From sequence record SRR31156797_4760: a stretch of 39,975 nt of DNA, one strand, 5' to 3'. The first letter of the stretch is position 1; each line of letters starts with the position of its first letter. Of the stretch, positions 1-9,977 are shown one piece after another. The translations under genes were made by a program, and so were the position numbers. The notes below the pieces were generated by a model, which was not told the DNA's origin, made no database searches, and worked only from the letters and a program-made list of their open reading frames with translations.

Positions 1-56
1 AGAGCAGGTGGCTGTTAACCACCTTGTCGGGGGTTCGAGTCCCTCCCAAGGAGCCA
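1..56 (+). tRNA. tRNA-Asn (anticodon GTT), 5' end lies before the window
   Basis: D-arm end AGAGC, anticodon arm GGTGG-CT-GTT-AA-CCACC, T-arm GGGGG-TTCGAGT-CCCTC, acceptor 3' strand ending in encoded CCA at 54-56. Confidence 0.95.
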
Positions 57-60
57 GTTT

Positions 61-94
61 AAGCCCGGTCATTTTTTGACCGGGCTTTTTTTTT
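61..94 (+). terminator. Rho-independent terminator after tRNA-Asn
   Basis: Perfect stem AAGCCCGGTCA/TGACCGGGCTT followed by a T run. Confidence 0.9.
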
Positions 95-249
95 GTCTCC
101 TCATTCTGTCCAAGGAATTATCCGACCATTGCCAGTATCACTCCATCCTTCGCTTGCGTATCCCCAGCAAGAGTGGTATCAACCGTTCTTCTATATTGAG
201 TAGGAAAAAATCTTTTTTCAAAGCTTATCAACAACCCCCTTTTCATACC

Positions 250-1881
250 ATGAGTACATATTGTATTGGCATAGACACCGGAGGCACATTCACCGATGCT
301 GTTCTGCTCGACACAGCAACGGGAAAGGTTGCCCAGCAGGCTAAAGAACGCACTACTCACCACGATTTAAGTATTGGTGTTGCCAAAGCGCTTACCAAAC
401 TCTTGAGCAAGGGCGTTTCGCCCGGTTCAGTTACGCAGCTTGCGGTTTCTACTACCCTGGCAACTAATGCGGTTGTCGAAGGACAAGGTGCAAGGGTAGC
501 GTTGTTTGTACTTGGCCATGTACGCCACTTTAAACTTCCCATTGTCGCCAACATCTTTCTTAAGGGCGGCCATACCATTACCGGAAAGGAAGACCAGCCT
601 CTAGATATGGAGGAGCTGATAGACATGCTACAAGGCCTGCGCAACGAAGTGGACAGCTATGCTGTGTGCGGTGCCATGTCAATTCAAAACTCCACCCATG
701 AGCTAGTCACGGAAAAGGCCATATCACTTGTGGACCCAGGAAAACCTGTTTTTTGCTCACACCAGGTTTCCATCCATCCAGGAATGCTTGAACGATCTGC
801 AACAGCCTGCCTCCATGCCAAACTCCAGCCGCTGATGGTCAGCTTTCTATCATCAATCGAGCGAGCAATGCTCACCCTCGGCCTCCAGTGTCCGGTCACC
901 ATTATATGCGGTGACGGGACAAGTGCCTCTCTTGAAACAACCGTTGAGCGCGCTGCTGTCACCATGGCCAGTGGCCCTGCAGCTACAGCACGGTTCGGTG
1001 CAGCAGGTGAGCACAAAACAGCGCTGATCGTTGATATTGGCGGGACAACCACCGACATCTGCCTCGTCAAGGATGGCGTGCCAACCATGAGCGAACATGG
1101 GTGCCGTATCGGTCAATGGCGAACCCATGTTGATGCCGTCGACATGTACACAGCAGCCGGAGGCGGAGACAGCCACATCAAGTGCAGCCCAAAAGCAGAG
1201 ATTACGCTCCACCCTTACCGGGTGCAGCCGCTGGCAATGACCCCAGATCTACCTGCACCGGAGAAGTGGTTAAAGACCGGAAAAGACTCCTACCTCGTTC
1301 TCCCTGTGAGAACAAATGGGGAACTCCAGCCAGCAGACCCTGTTATTCAATACTTGCGAACCAATGGACCTGCCAGCCCCAGCCGACTTGAAGCGGCAAC
1401 TGGCATCCAGGGTATCGCCATGGAAAAGAAACTTGAACGACTGGCGTATGACCAACATGTTATTCTCACGGGTTTTACCCCGACTGATGCCCTGCACGCC
1501 ATGGGACTTCTCGACATCGGCAATACAAGTGCAAGCCTGGCAGGAGCGGCTGTACTAGCTGCAGAAGTTGGCCTGTCACCAGAAAATTTCTGCGACCAGT
1601 CACTTGCGGCAGCCAGCAGTACCATTGAAAAAATAATCCTCACCTACCTGGCACGCACTACCTGGTCCATGGAACAAGCCGCAGTCCTACTCAACAAAAA
1701 AAGCAATGATTTCTTTTCTATTCAATTTTCTTTGGACCTGCCCATAATTGGTATTGGAGCAGCAGCGAGGTACTTTCTTCCTGATGTTGCTAAACGTCTG
1801 CAAACCACAGTTTCTTTTCCTGAACATTTTGAAGTGGGCAATGCCATTGGCGCAGCTCTTATAGGGATGGAACATTGCTAA
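250..1881 (+). CDS. Hydantoinase/oxoprolinase family protein (HyuA-like ATP-binding subunit)
   Basis: Motifs IGIDTGGTFTDAV, STTLATNAVVEG, SGPAA, VDIGGTTTDI, FTPTDAL and VGNAIGA. Start moved to ATG 250 because the upstream extension overlaps the tRNA terminator. Confidence 0.88.
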   Translation: MSTYCIGIDTGGTFTDAVLLDTATGKVAQQAKERTTHHDLSIGVAKALTKLLSKGVSPGSVTQLAVSTTLATNAVVEGQGARVALFVLGHVRHFKLPIVANIFLKGGHTITGKEDQPLDMEELIDMLQGLRNEVDSYAVCGAMSIQNSTHELVTEKAISLVDPGKPVFCSHQVSIHPGMLERSATACLHAKLQPLMVSFLSSIERAMLTLGLQCPVTIICGDGTSASLETTVERAAVTMASGPAATARFGAAGEHKTALIVDIGGTTTDICLVKDGVPTMSEHGCRIGQWRTHVDAVDMYTAAGGGDSHIKCSPKAEITLHPYRVQPLAMTPDLPAPEKWLKTGKDSYLVLPVRTNGELQPADPVIQYLRTNGPASPSRLEAATGIQGIAMEKKLERLAYDQHVILTGFTPTDALHAMGLLDIGNTSASLAGAAVLAAEVGLSPENFCDQSLAAASSTIEKIILTYLARTTWSMEQAAVLLNKKSNDFFSIQFSLDLPIIGIGAAARYFLPDVAKRLQTTVSFPEHFEVGNAIGAALIGMEHC

Positions 1882-2030
1882 CCCGGACTTTCCATGAGCA
1901 TCGTGTCAAATTGTTGAATTGCACACAATGTCTTTTTGTTGAGCAAAGTTCCATGGAGGGACGACTCTCCATAATGTTCACCAAAGGCCAGCCCATCCGG
2001 CACTATTTTGTTCAGTGCTTTGGCTATCAA

Positions 2031-2057
2031 TAGAGGCGACTTCGGAGTCGCCGCTAC
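2031..2057 (-). repeat. GTAG-type REP-like palindrome
   Basis: Minus strand reads GTAG-C-GGCGACT-CCGA-AGTCGCC-TCTA, inside a longer imperfect inverted repeat at 2021-2070. Only one copy in the window. Confidence 0.45.
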
Positions 2058-2350
2058 CTATTAATAGCTAAAAATTTTGAACCTGACGCCGCCTTACTGC
2101 TGAGACAAAAGGGCTGCTTTATTCACGCTCAACCCCTGCTCTACATCACCTTTCTCGGTGACAGCAGGCAGGGATAAGTTTTGACGAAAAATTGACCAGT
2201 TTCCTTTTTAAAACAACACCAACCGCTCTCATCTTTTTAACCGGTTAAAATTACAGCAAAAAGAAAACAACGTAAGCTTGGCTCGTAATATGCATGCCCC
2301 TGTAGTTCCAACTCTTCATTCTCTTAATTACAAGGCTGCAAGGAATGCAT

Positions 2351-3061
2351 ATGAAAGCAAGATACGCCCTACTCACAAGTTGTTTGATGTGTTTGATTTT
2401 CTCTCAGGCCAGTGCCGAAGAACAAGGCAACATTCGATTCGGTGTCAAAGCCGGTACATTAGGGATTGGAGCAGAGGTCGATCTGGGGCTCAACGAAATA
2501 CTGCACCTTCGGGGTGGTGCCAACTACCTTCAATTTTCTTTTGATTCAACTATCTCCAACATTGATTATGAAATGGAACCAGAGTTTAAAAATGCTTCTC
2601 TGCTTCTGGATGTGTATCCATTTTCGGGCAGCTTTCGAATTACCGGTGGTGTTTTCATAAACAACAACGAAATTGACCTGACCGGTTCACCTCGAGAAGA
2701 ATTCTGGGGAGACTACACCATTCCCTCAGAGTACAGCAGCTTTGTTGATCCCTTAAAAGACTCCATCAAGGTCAATGGCACTGTAGAGTTCAACACCTTT
2801 GCCCCCTATCTTGGTATCGGCTGGAACAGCAATGTCGAGCAGGAAAGAGGCTGGGGCGTTTCCTTTGAGATGGGAGTACTTTTTCAAGGCGCACCAACGG
2901 TCTCCAGCTTAACGGTAACAGCAGCACCACCACTTGACGCATATACTGACCACCCAGTCGTCTTACAGGCCCTTGAACAAGAAAAAAAGGCTATTGAAGA
3001 AGATCTGGAAAATTTCCAATACTACCCTGTAGCCTCTCTTATGCTCCATTACACTTTCTAA
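2351..3061 (+). CDS. Putative outer-membrane beta-barrel protein
   Basis: Signal peptide ending ASA, amphipathic beta-strands (GVKAGTLGIGAEV, APYLGIGW) and C-terminal LHYTF. AAGGA RBS before ATG 2351; 2345 is an alternative start. Confidence 0.7.
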   Translation: MKARYALLTSCLMCLIFSQASAEEQGNIRFGVKAGTLGIGAEVDLGLNEILHLRGGANYLQFSFDSTISNIDYEMEPEFKNASLLLDVYPFSGSFRITGGVFINNNEIDLTGSPREEFWGDYTIPSEYSSFVDPLKDSIKVNGTVEFNTFAPYLGIGWNSNVEQERGWGVSFEMGVLFQGAPTVSSLTVTAAPPLDAYTDHPVVLQALEQEKKAIEEDLENFQYYPVASLMLHYTF

Positions 3062-3108
3062 ATTGCTTAACCGGCTCAAGGCCAACCCGATCGTCGCTAC
3101 CATATAAA

Positions 3109-3145
3109 CAGGGGTAGCAGAGCATCATTAAGCTTACCCCTGATT
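3109..3145 (+). terminator. Possible weak terminator after the beta-barrel gene
   Basis: 8-bp stem CAGGGGTA/TACCCCTG with a long loop and only a short T tail. Confidence 0.3.
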
Positions 3146-3300
3146 TCATCAAATAATTACATTATCGTACAATCTGCTAGCCTACGCCTCATCGTGCCCC
3201 CCCTAAAACTGCCTCCAGTTACAACATTGCCAACAACTCTAGCACTGCCCCCTTTACATTCACTTGCAACGGATTATTGTGAAGTGATTATCAGTGTCAC

Positions 3301-3441
3301 TAGGAACCTGTCGGATAATGTCTTTTTCCCCAAACCGACGTTATTTACAAAAAATCAATGCCCGCAGGTAAGCACAAACTTCGATATCTCTCACATAGCT
3401 GTGCTTGATTTCCTGGAAATGCTTTGACTTGACAGGCTACT
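3301..3441. mobile_element. Degenerate MITE-like palindromic element
   Basis: Eroded terminal inverted repeats (AGGAACCTGTC ... GACAGGCTACT), internal inverted repeats ATTTACAAAAAATCAA/TTGATTTCCTGGAAAT (13/16) and AAGCACA/TGTGCTT. Intergenic, no transposase. Confidence 0.4.
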
Positions 3442-3518
3442 GGGGGAAAACTGAAATACAACCCGGCACCCGAAAGACTGTGCCCATACAATGAACACCA
3501 TTACCTGTGAGTACAGCC

Positions 3519-4217
3519 ATGGAACATTTTGTAAGCCAACTTGAAACAACGTTGCAGACATCACTGCTGCTCTCCATTGGCATAGCCTACCTGGGCGGTT
3601 TACTGGCAAGCCTTACCCCCTGCATCTATCCCATGATCCCCATTACTGCCGGAGTGGTTGGCCACTCAAACATTGGAGGCTCCAGGGTCAGAGGTTTTTC
3701 ACTTTCGCTGGCCTACGTTTTCGGCATGGCTATAACCTATGCTGGACTCGGCATTTTTGCTGCTGCAACCGGTCGTTTCTTCGGTACAGTAAACAGTCAC
3801 CCACTGACCTTTCTCCTGGTGGGCAACATTATCCTCCTTTTCGGACTCGGCATGCTCGATGTTTTTTCCATGCCCTACTTCACCCATAACATTACTACCA
3901 AGGCTAAAAGCGTTATCGGTGTTTTTTTTGCAGGTATCCTATCTGCATTTATCGCAGGCCCCTGCACAGCTCCTGTTTTGGGGGTACTGCTCGCCTATGT
4001 GGCCACTACCCAAAATATTCTGACCGGCGGCCTCCTGCTCTTTATTTTTTCTTTTGGCATGGGCACAATACTCATTGGTGTCGGCACCTTTTCCAGCGCC
4101 CTGACCGCCATTCCAAAATCAGGTTCATGGATGGCAAAAATTAAAAAAGCCATGGGCTTTGTTATGATTGCCCTGGCTGAATATTTTTTCATTAAAGCTG
4201 GAATGTTTTTTATTTAA
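3519..4217 (+). CDS. ccdA: Cytochrome c biogenesis CcdA / DsbD transmembrane-domain protein
   Basis: Two redox Cys motifs, LASLTPCIYPMIP and AGPCTAPVL, about six TM helices and a PKSGSWM tail. Start ATG 3519; GTG 3507 is an alternative. Confidence 0.85.
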   Translation: MEHFVSQLETTLQTSLLLSIGIAYLGGLLASLTPCIYPMIPITAGVVGHSNIGGSRVRGFSLSLAYVFGMAITYAGLGIFAAATGRFFGTVNSHPLTFLLVGNIILLFGLGMLDVFSMPYFTHNITTKAKSVIGVFFAGILSAFIAGPCTAPVLGVLLAYVATTQNILTGGLLLFIFSFGMGTILIGVGTFSSALTAIPKSGSWMAKIKKAMGFVMIALAEYFFIKAGMFFI

Positions 4218-4271
4218 TCCCTATTATTTTTAAAGATCTATCAACTACCCTTATTTAACGAGAATATTTTT

Positions 4272-4769
4272 ATGCGTAAAAGTCGTCTTATCTTTTTTCT
4301 TGTGGTCCTTCTTCTCCTTGCCCCTAGCTTTGCTTCTGCGATACAACTGGGCGAAAAGCTTCAACCGTTTAATCAAAAAGACTTGAACGGCAACGTAATT
4401 GACATGAATAAAATCATTGGCAAGAAACCAGTCATGTTGGTTTTCTGGGCCTCATGGTGCCCTAACTGCAAGATAGAGGCTCCAAAAATTAACCAGCTGG
4501 TGGACAAATACAAGAAACAGGGGATGGAATTCATTGGCATCAATATTGGCGTCAACGATTCACTTAGAAGGGCTCGCTCGTTTGTGAAAAAAACAGATAT
4601 GACCTACCCGACAGTCTTTGACGCAAACAATGCAATTACCCAGAAATACCTGGTGCATGGGGTACCAACTATTCTGATCGCAGACATTAACGGCAGGGTT
4701 CAGTTCAGAAATTATGGTGCTCCTGATATAACCGAAGCAAATTTCAAACGATTGATGGAAAAGCAGTAG
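4272..4769 (+). CDS. TlpA/ResA-family periplasmic thioredoxin
   Basis: Signal peptide, FWASWCPNC CxxC motif and GVPT cis-Pro loop; adjacent to ccdA. Confidence 0.9.
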   Translation: MRKSRLIFFLVVLLLLAPSFASAIQLGEKLQPFNQKDLNGNVIDMNKIIGKKPVMLVFWASWCPNCKIEAPKINQLVDKYKKQGMEFIGINIGVNDSLRRARSFVKKTDMTYPTVFDANNAITQKYLVHGVPTILIADINGRVQFRNYGAPDITEANFKRLMEKQ

Positions 4770-4815
4770 GCTTCACACTCAGCTCCAGGAACAATACGAA
4801 TAACACTCCTGGCGC

Positions 4816-5244
4816 TTAAGGCTCATCTGCTTCGCTGACCATAGTATAGGCTTGCTGAACCTCAGGGGGAATGGAACGGGGGCGTCCGCTTGCAATATCA
4901 CAAAAAATAAACAGTGTCTCAGCCCTGGCAATGACTGTATCATCTGCAGGCCGATAAAACTTAAACTTGCGCAGCGACCTGAATTTTTTAATATGGGCAA
5001 CCCAGGTGTATACGGTTAATTTGTCTCCAGCGTAGCTGGAGTGCAGATATTCAATGGAATGGGAGCGTATAATCCAGGTTGCCCCACACTCCACATAACG
5101 ATCATAAGACCATCCCAGTGATGCAGAATGCGCCATTGCCGCATCCTGCATCCACTGTATATAACGGACATTATTAACATGCCCGTTAACATCGATAGCT
5201 GATTGATCAACAATCAATTCTGTTGAACCTATGGCTGCCATCAC
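4816..5244 (-). CDS. Acyl-CoA thioesterase (4HBT/hotdog family)
   Basis: IDVNGHVNNVRY motif; start overlaps the TolC stop. Confidence 0.9.
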   Translation of the reverse strand: MMAAIGSTELIVDQSAIDVNGHVNNVRYIQWMQDAAMAHSASLGWSYDRYVECGATWIIRSHSIEYLHSSYAGDKLTVYTWVAHIKKFRSLRKFKFYRPADDTVIARAETLFIFCDIASGRPRSIPPEVQQAYTMVSEADEP

Positions 5245-6635
5245 TGCTGTTCGCTTTCCATAGCAAAGCCCTTAAGGTTACGACCGGTTGCCGAATCCAA
5301 CCGCTGTATGGCCCGATGATAGCCTACAAGTGATTGTGCCAGCCGCCCGTAGGTGGTGCTTAAATCCCGTTGCGCCTCATTGAGCCGCACCAGTGAAGCT
5401 TCACCTGCCTCATATTCATTTTTAGCCAGATCGCGGTTCTCTTCCACCAAACCCACACTTTCCCGCTGCAAACGGACCTGCTCTTGTGCAGCCTCAAGCA
5501 GAGCAATATCCTGACGGATTTCAGCAGCGACCTGATTACGCAAATTAAGCAGGCCGTAGTGTGCCTCCCTTTTTGCCTGTTTGGCTTCAACCAGGCGCGC
5601 CTTATCTGCTCCTCCTGCAAAAATGTTCCAGGCTATGTTTACTGAAACAGTATTGCCAAAATCGTCACCGGTGAGACTAACATCGCCCTGCCTGGCACCA
5701 TTCACCGCACCAGCAATTTGAACGGTGGGGTAAAAAGGTGCTTCGGCAAGACCGGTTCCTGCTTCCGCCTGCTTCACATTCATCTCCTGGCGACGCACAT
5801 CTGGTCGAGCCAGAAGCGCCTCTTCAAGGAGCTGGTCAATATTTTCTTCAAAATTTGCAGTGACAAATTCACGATCCAATGGCTCCAAGCGGACATGACC
5901 TGGAAAGGCTGCGTCTGGAATACCCATTAATGCAGCCAAGCCGTAGCCTGCCGCTTCTGATTCTCGCTGGTTCAGCATCAGGTTCGTTTCAGCAGAATTG
6001 AGCTGCACCTTGATATTAAGTACATCACCCCAGGGACCGGCACCTACATCATATCTATTCTGGGCATCTTCCAACTGCCGCGTGTAAAAAGCTTTATCAG
6101 CTTTGGCAATATCAACATTGGTCTGTGCAAGCTGGGCATTCAAGAAAGCCTCTGCAACCGACACCACCAACAACCTTTGAGAATTAAGCAACCCGGAGAT
6201 ATTTGCTTCCTCATCATAACGAGCTTTTTTTTCATTAAAGTTGCGAAAAAACCCGTCAAACAACATCCACGTTGCCTGGATGCCACCACTAAAATTATCA
6301 TTTGTCCGGTCAGCAGTGGTTCCGTACAATGAGGCTAACGCCTGACTAGCCTCGTATGCGCTATCGGAAAGTCGCTCTCTTACCCCTACACCGGTCAGGT
6401 CAACACTGGGCCACCATGCGGCCACAGCCTGGTTCACCCTAGCCCTTGCCTGCTCAATCCTAGCCTGAGCAGAGACCATATCCGGGTTCCCGGCCAGTGC
6501 TATTTCCTGGGCAGTACGTAAATCTAACACTTCAACCCCAGATAAATCTGGGGTCACCACTTGCTCTTCTGCTGCCTGGGCCTTCATACCCACAAGCGAC
6601 AGGCAACAGGCAACTACCAATATATATTTTTTCAT
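5241..6635 (-). CDS. TolC-family outer-membrane efflux protein
   Basis: Signal peptide, two OEP repeats (ALAGNPD, RPDV, RYDVG, EYEAGEAS) and an AGGAGG RBS. Confidence 0.92.
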   Translation of the reverse strand: MKKYILVVACCLSLVGMKAQAAEEQVVTPDLSGVEVLDLRTAQEIALAGNPDMVSAQARIEQARARVNQAVAAWWPSVDLTGVGVRERLSDSAYEASQALASLYGTTADRTNDNFSGGIQATWMLFDGFFRNFNEKKARYDEEANISGLLNSQRLLVVSVAEAFLNAQLAQTNVDIAKADKAFYTRQLEDAQNRYDVGAGPWGDVLNIKVQLNSAETNLMLNQRESEAAGYGLAALMGIPDAAFPGHVRLEPLDREFVTANFEENIDQLLEEALLARPDVRRQEMNVKQAEAGTGLAEAPFYPTVQIAGAVNGARQGDVSLTGDDFGNTVSVNIAWNIFAGGADKARLVEAKQAKREAHYGLLNLRNQVAAEIRQDIALLEAAQEQVRLQRESVGLVEENRDLAKNEYEAGEASLVRLNEAQRDLSTTYGRLAQSLVGYHRAIQRLDSATGRNLKGFAMESEQQ

Positions 6636-6776
6636 CCATTCCTCCTGTTTACCAAATCCCCCGGTTGAAGCAACCGCCCCGCACCAGGATTAAGAATCAT
6701 CTGTCCATACCATGACCACCCTTCAAGTCCAAGGTTTTTCAAGAGCTACACATGGCGTAAGAAATCTAACAAAACA

Positions 6777-9700
6777 TCAATTCATTATCATTCTATCTTC
6801 TCTTCTCAATGCAGCTGGTTCCACTTCTTCACGAGTCGGCCAAAAACCAGTTTTCAACCTTGTCATCCCACGTCGCATATCATTGACAATTACCAACAGG
6901 CTGGGAATCAACAACAGGGTAAGTATGGTGGCAAAAATAACCCCAGCAGCAAGGGACAATGCCATGGGGATGAGAAATTTAGCCTGCATATCAGTTTCCA
7001 TAATAAGCGGGGCCAAGCCACCCACCGTGGAAAGCGTAGTCAGGAAAATCGCCCGAAACCGCCTTCGCCCGGCCTGTTTAACCGCTTCTACAAAGGGAAT
7101 GCCTTCGGCAACATTTTCATTCACCCGTTCAATGAGCACGATCGCATCATTGACCACCACCCCGGTCAATGCAACCATTCCAAAAATAGACATTATAGAA
7201 AGATCGTAACCCAGTGAAAGATGACCAAACACGGCCCCGATAATTCCAAAGGGTATGGTAAAGAGAATGACCACCGGCTGAATATAAGAACGAAAAATTG
7301 TGGCGATAATGACAAAAATACCTATGATTGCCAGCGGAAAGGTGACTCTAAGACTGCCAAATGATTCACGCTGGTTTTTCTTTGCCCCCTGCAAAGATAT
7401 CTTTACCCCAGGATAATCTTCCATGAGCTTTGGGAAATAGGCCTTATCCAGTTCGGCAAATATCTCATTGGCATTGGCCCTTTTAGCATCCACTTCCGCA
7501 GTAACGGCAACTCTCCGCAGGCCATCGGTTCGGGTGATGGTGGAATACCCTGCTGCCCTTTCCAGGTCAGCCACCGACAGTAGAGGCACTTCATTACCAT
7601 CAGGCGTCCTGATACGCATCCCTTCAAAACCGGCAAGGGTGCTGCGCTCATCTTTTGTGTAACGAACCTTCACGCGAATATCATCCTGGCCACGCTGCAG
7701 CCTGAAGGCCTCTCTACCAAAAAATGAGGCATTAACCTGCTCTGCCAGATCATTGACAGTCAGGCCTAGTGTACGGGCCTGGGGTTTGAGTTTAAGACGC
7801 AATTCATTCTTCCCTGGGCTGAAATCAGAACGTACCTGAAAGACCCCATCAAAAGTGCCAAGCTGCTGCTGCAGATTATCTGCAGCCCCATTGATTTCCT
7901 CCAAATCATTGCCTTGGAGCCAAACTTCAATTTCAGCTCCAGCAGGCCCTGCAGACAACCCTTCAAAGGTCAGCGACTTTACTCCCGGAATCGCACCTAT
8001 TGCCTGTTCCCACTTAACCATTAGATCATTGGAATGGACGCCGCGGTATTCGGATCCAAGGAGCAAAACCTGCACTGAACCAAGATTGGGGCCGACTCTC
8101 CCCATGGTATTGCTCAGCGTCTGCCCCACCAATGAAAGACGTTTTTTGATCATCGGCTCGCCAGTCAGGGTCGGTGTCGCATTGGCCACATCCACAAAGG
8201 CAGCCTCGATCTTTTCCAATGCATTCAATGTCACTCCAGGGGGAGTTCCATCAGGGAACTCGACAGTGGAAGTAATGACAAACCCATCAATCTTAGGAAA
8301 CACCTGAAACTTGACAAACCCAGCCTGGACAAGACCCAGAGTGAGCATCAAAATAGATAAGGCCGTTGCCAGCGAGACATAACGCCAACGAAGTACATGA
8401 TCAAGCAATCGCATATACCTGCCGTCTATAAACCGCTCCATTCCTTGCTGCATGAAATGCTGAAACCCTACAAGTCCTCTCGATACAGGATTTTTATATC
8501 TTTTGGGCCGATTCATATCCGGCAAATGACTCAGGTGGGCCGGCAACAGAAAAAGGCACTCTAACAGAGAAATCAACAGGCAGGAAATTACCACTGTCGG
8601 CAGAATGGCTATAAACTTCCCCATGACGCCGCTAACTTGTGAAAGCGGAAAAAAAGCAACCACACTGGTTAGAATGGCAGCAATAACAGGCATTCCAACC
8701 TCATCCACTCCGTCAACTGCCGCGCGGAGAGGCGGTTTTCCCTGTAGGCGATGTACATAGATCGCCTCCCCCACTACAATCGCGTCATCAACCACAATTC
8801 CCAGCACCATAATGAAACCAAACAGGGAAATCATATTGATGGATTCACCCATCATCCACAGCACAAACAATCCGCCGGCAAGGGAGATAGGGATACCAAG
8901 CCCTCCCCAAAAAGAAAGCCGCAGATCCAAATAGAGCCAAAGCAGAAAAAAGACCAACGCCATCCCGATAATGCCGTTTCTGGCTAGAAGATCAACCCTG
9001 GCCCGCAGAATTTCGGTATTATCATAAAATTCCACCATTGATATTTCGGGCGGCAGCGTCTGTTGTTTAGTGGCCACATAGTCGGCTACCGTATTGGAGA
9101 TCTTTAAGGAATCCTCTTCAGTGGTCTTAAAAACCATGACAAAAACCGACGGCACCCCGTCGATGAGGGCTCGAATGGGGTCCTCGGTAAATCCATCATT
9201 AATTTCTGCCAGCCGGTCCAGCCGAACAAGTTCACCATTTTTACCTGTCAAAACAACGATTTCAGCAAGCTCGTCGCCTGTGTATTTTCGCCCTACTGTT
9301 CGTACCCGAATTTCCTCGCCCTGGGTGCGAATAGTACCCCCGTGGAGATTAAGGCTGGAACGACGGATAGCATCAGCCACCTCGGCAAAACTTAAGCCAT
9401 ATTGCTGAAGACGATGCTCTGCAACCTCTACTGAAATTTCAAAATCTCTGGAACCAAACACCTCTACCTGAGAAATCCCCGGCAGTACTTTAACCTCATC
9501 TTTGACCTCGTTGGCCCAGCGTTTAAGCTGCTTCTCAGTTAAATTGCCGGAAAGTGCCAGCATGGTTACCGATTCCCGCATTAACACTTCAGTAATGACC
9601 GGCTGTTCTGCATCCAATGGAAAGGTTGATATTGCATCCACTTTAGACTTTACGTCATTAAGTACCTTAAGAACGTCATACCCATCCTGGACCTCAAGAG

Positions 9701-9977
9701 AAGCGGTTGCCATGTTTTCCGAGGATTTAGTGGTAAACTGCTTAATCCCTTCAACTGACTCCAACGCCTCCTCGATTTTTATACTAATCCCTTCTTCAAC
9801 CTCTTCGGGATCAGCCCCAGGATAGGGTACATCAATCGAAATCAGATCCAGGGAAAACTGCGGAAAAGACTCCCGAAGCATATTGGCCGCCGCCAAGCCA
9901 CCGGCTATAAACACCATGATCAAGGCTATGTTAGCAAAAACTGTATTCCCCGCAAAAGCGGCAAGTACTTTCCTCAT
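6777..9977 (-). CDS. RND efflux transporter permease (AcrB/AcrD/AcrF family)
   Basis: 1066 aa with GIVVDDAIVVGE, GVVVNDAIVL and RRFRAIFLTTLST motifs. Confidence 0.95.
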   Translation of the reverse strand: MRKVLAAFAGNTVFANIALIMVFIAGGLAAANMLRESFPQFSLDLISIDVPYPGADPEEVEEGISIKIEEALESVEGIKQFTTKSSENMATASLEVQDGYDVLKVLNDVKSKVDAISTFPLDAEQPVITEVLMRESVTMLALSGNLTEKQLKRWANEVKDEVKVLPGISQVEVFGSRDFEISVEVAEHRLQQYGLSFAEVADAIRRSSLNLHGGTIRTQGEEIRVRTVGRKYTGDELAEIVVLTGKNGELVRLDRLAEINDGFTEDPIRALIDGVPSVFVMVFKTTEEDSLKISNTVADYVATKQQTLPPEISMVEFYDNTEILRARVDLLARNGIIGMALVFFLLWLYLDLRLSFWGGLGIPISLAGGLFVLWMMGESINMISLFGFIMVLGIVVDDAIVVGEAIYVHRLQGKPPLRAAVDGVDEVGMPVIAAILTSVVAFFPLSQVSGVMGKFIAILPTVVISCLLISLLECLFLLPAHLSHLPDMNRPKRYKNPVSRGLVGFQHFMQQGMERFIDGRYMRLLDHVLRWRYVSLATALSILMLTLGLVQAGFVKFQVFPKIDGFVITSTVEFPDGTPPGVTLNALEKIEAAFVDVANATPTLTGEPMIKKRLSLVGQTLSNTMGRVGPNLGSVQVLLLGSEYRGVHSNDLMVKWEQAIGAIPGVKSLTFEGLSAGPAGAEIEVWLQGNDLEEINGAADNLQQQLGTFDGVFQVRSDFSPGKNELRLKLKPQARTLGLTVNDLAEQVNASFFGREAFRLQRGQDDIRVKVRYTKDERSTLAGFEGMRIRTPDGNEVPLLSVADLERAAGYSTITRTDGLRRVAVTAEVDAKRANANEIFAELDKAYFPKLMEDYPGVKISLQGAKKNQRESFGSLRVTFPLAIIGIFVIIATIFRSYIQPVVILFTIPFGIIGAVFGHLSLGYDLSIMSIFGMVALTGVVVNDAIVLIERVNENVAEGIPFVEAVKQAGRRRFRAIFLTTLSTVGGLAPLIMETDMQAKFLIPMALSLAAGVIFATILTLLLIPSLLVIVNDMRRGMTRLKTGFWPTREEVEPAALRREDRMIMN

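Noticed and set aside
1..56. tRNA-Asn as an island integration site
   Set aside because: No integrase follows, the native terminator is intact, and I found no repeat of the tRNA 3' end in the window.
76..249. N-terminal extension of the 601-aa ORF
   Set aside because: It starts inside the tRNA terminator; family similarity begins at ATG 250.
1940..1975. c-di-GMP-I riboswitch-like words (GCAAA...GGACG)
   Set aside because: It lacks the GAAA tetraloop, the following GCAAA and the second stem.
3194..3427. 77-aa ORF upstream of ccdA
   Set aside because: No RBS, low-complexity product, and it runs through the palindromic element.
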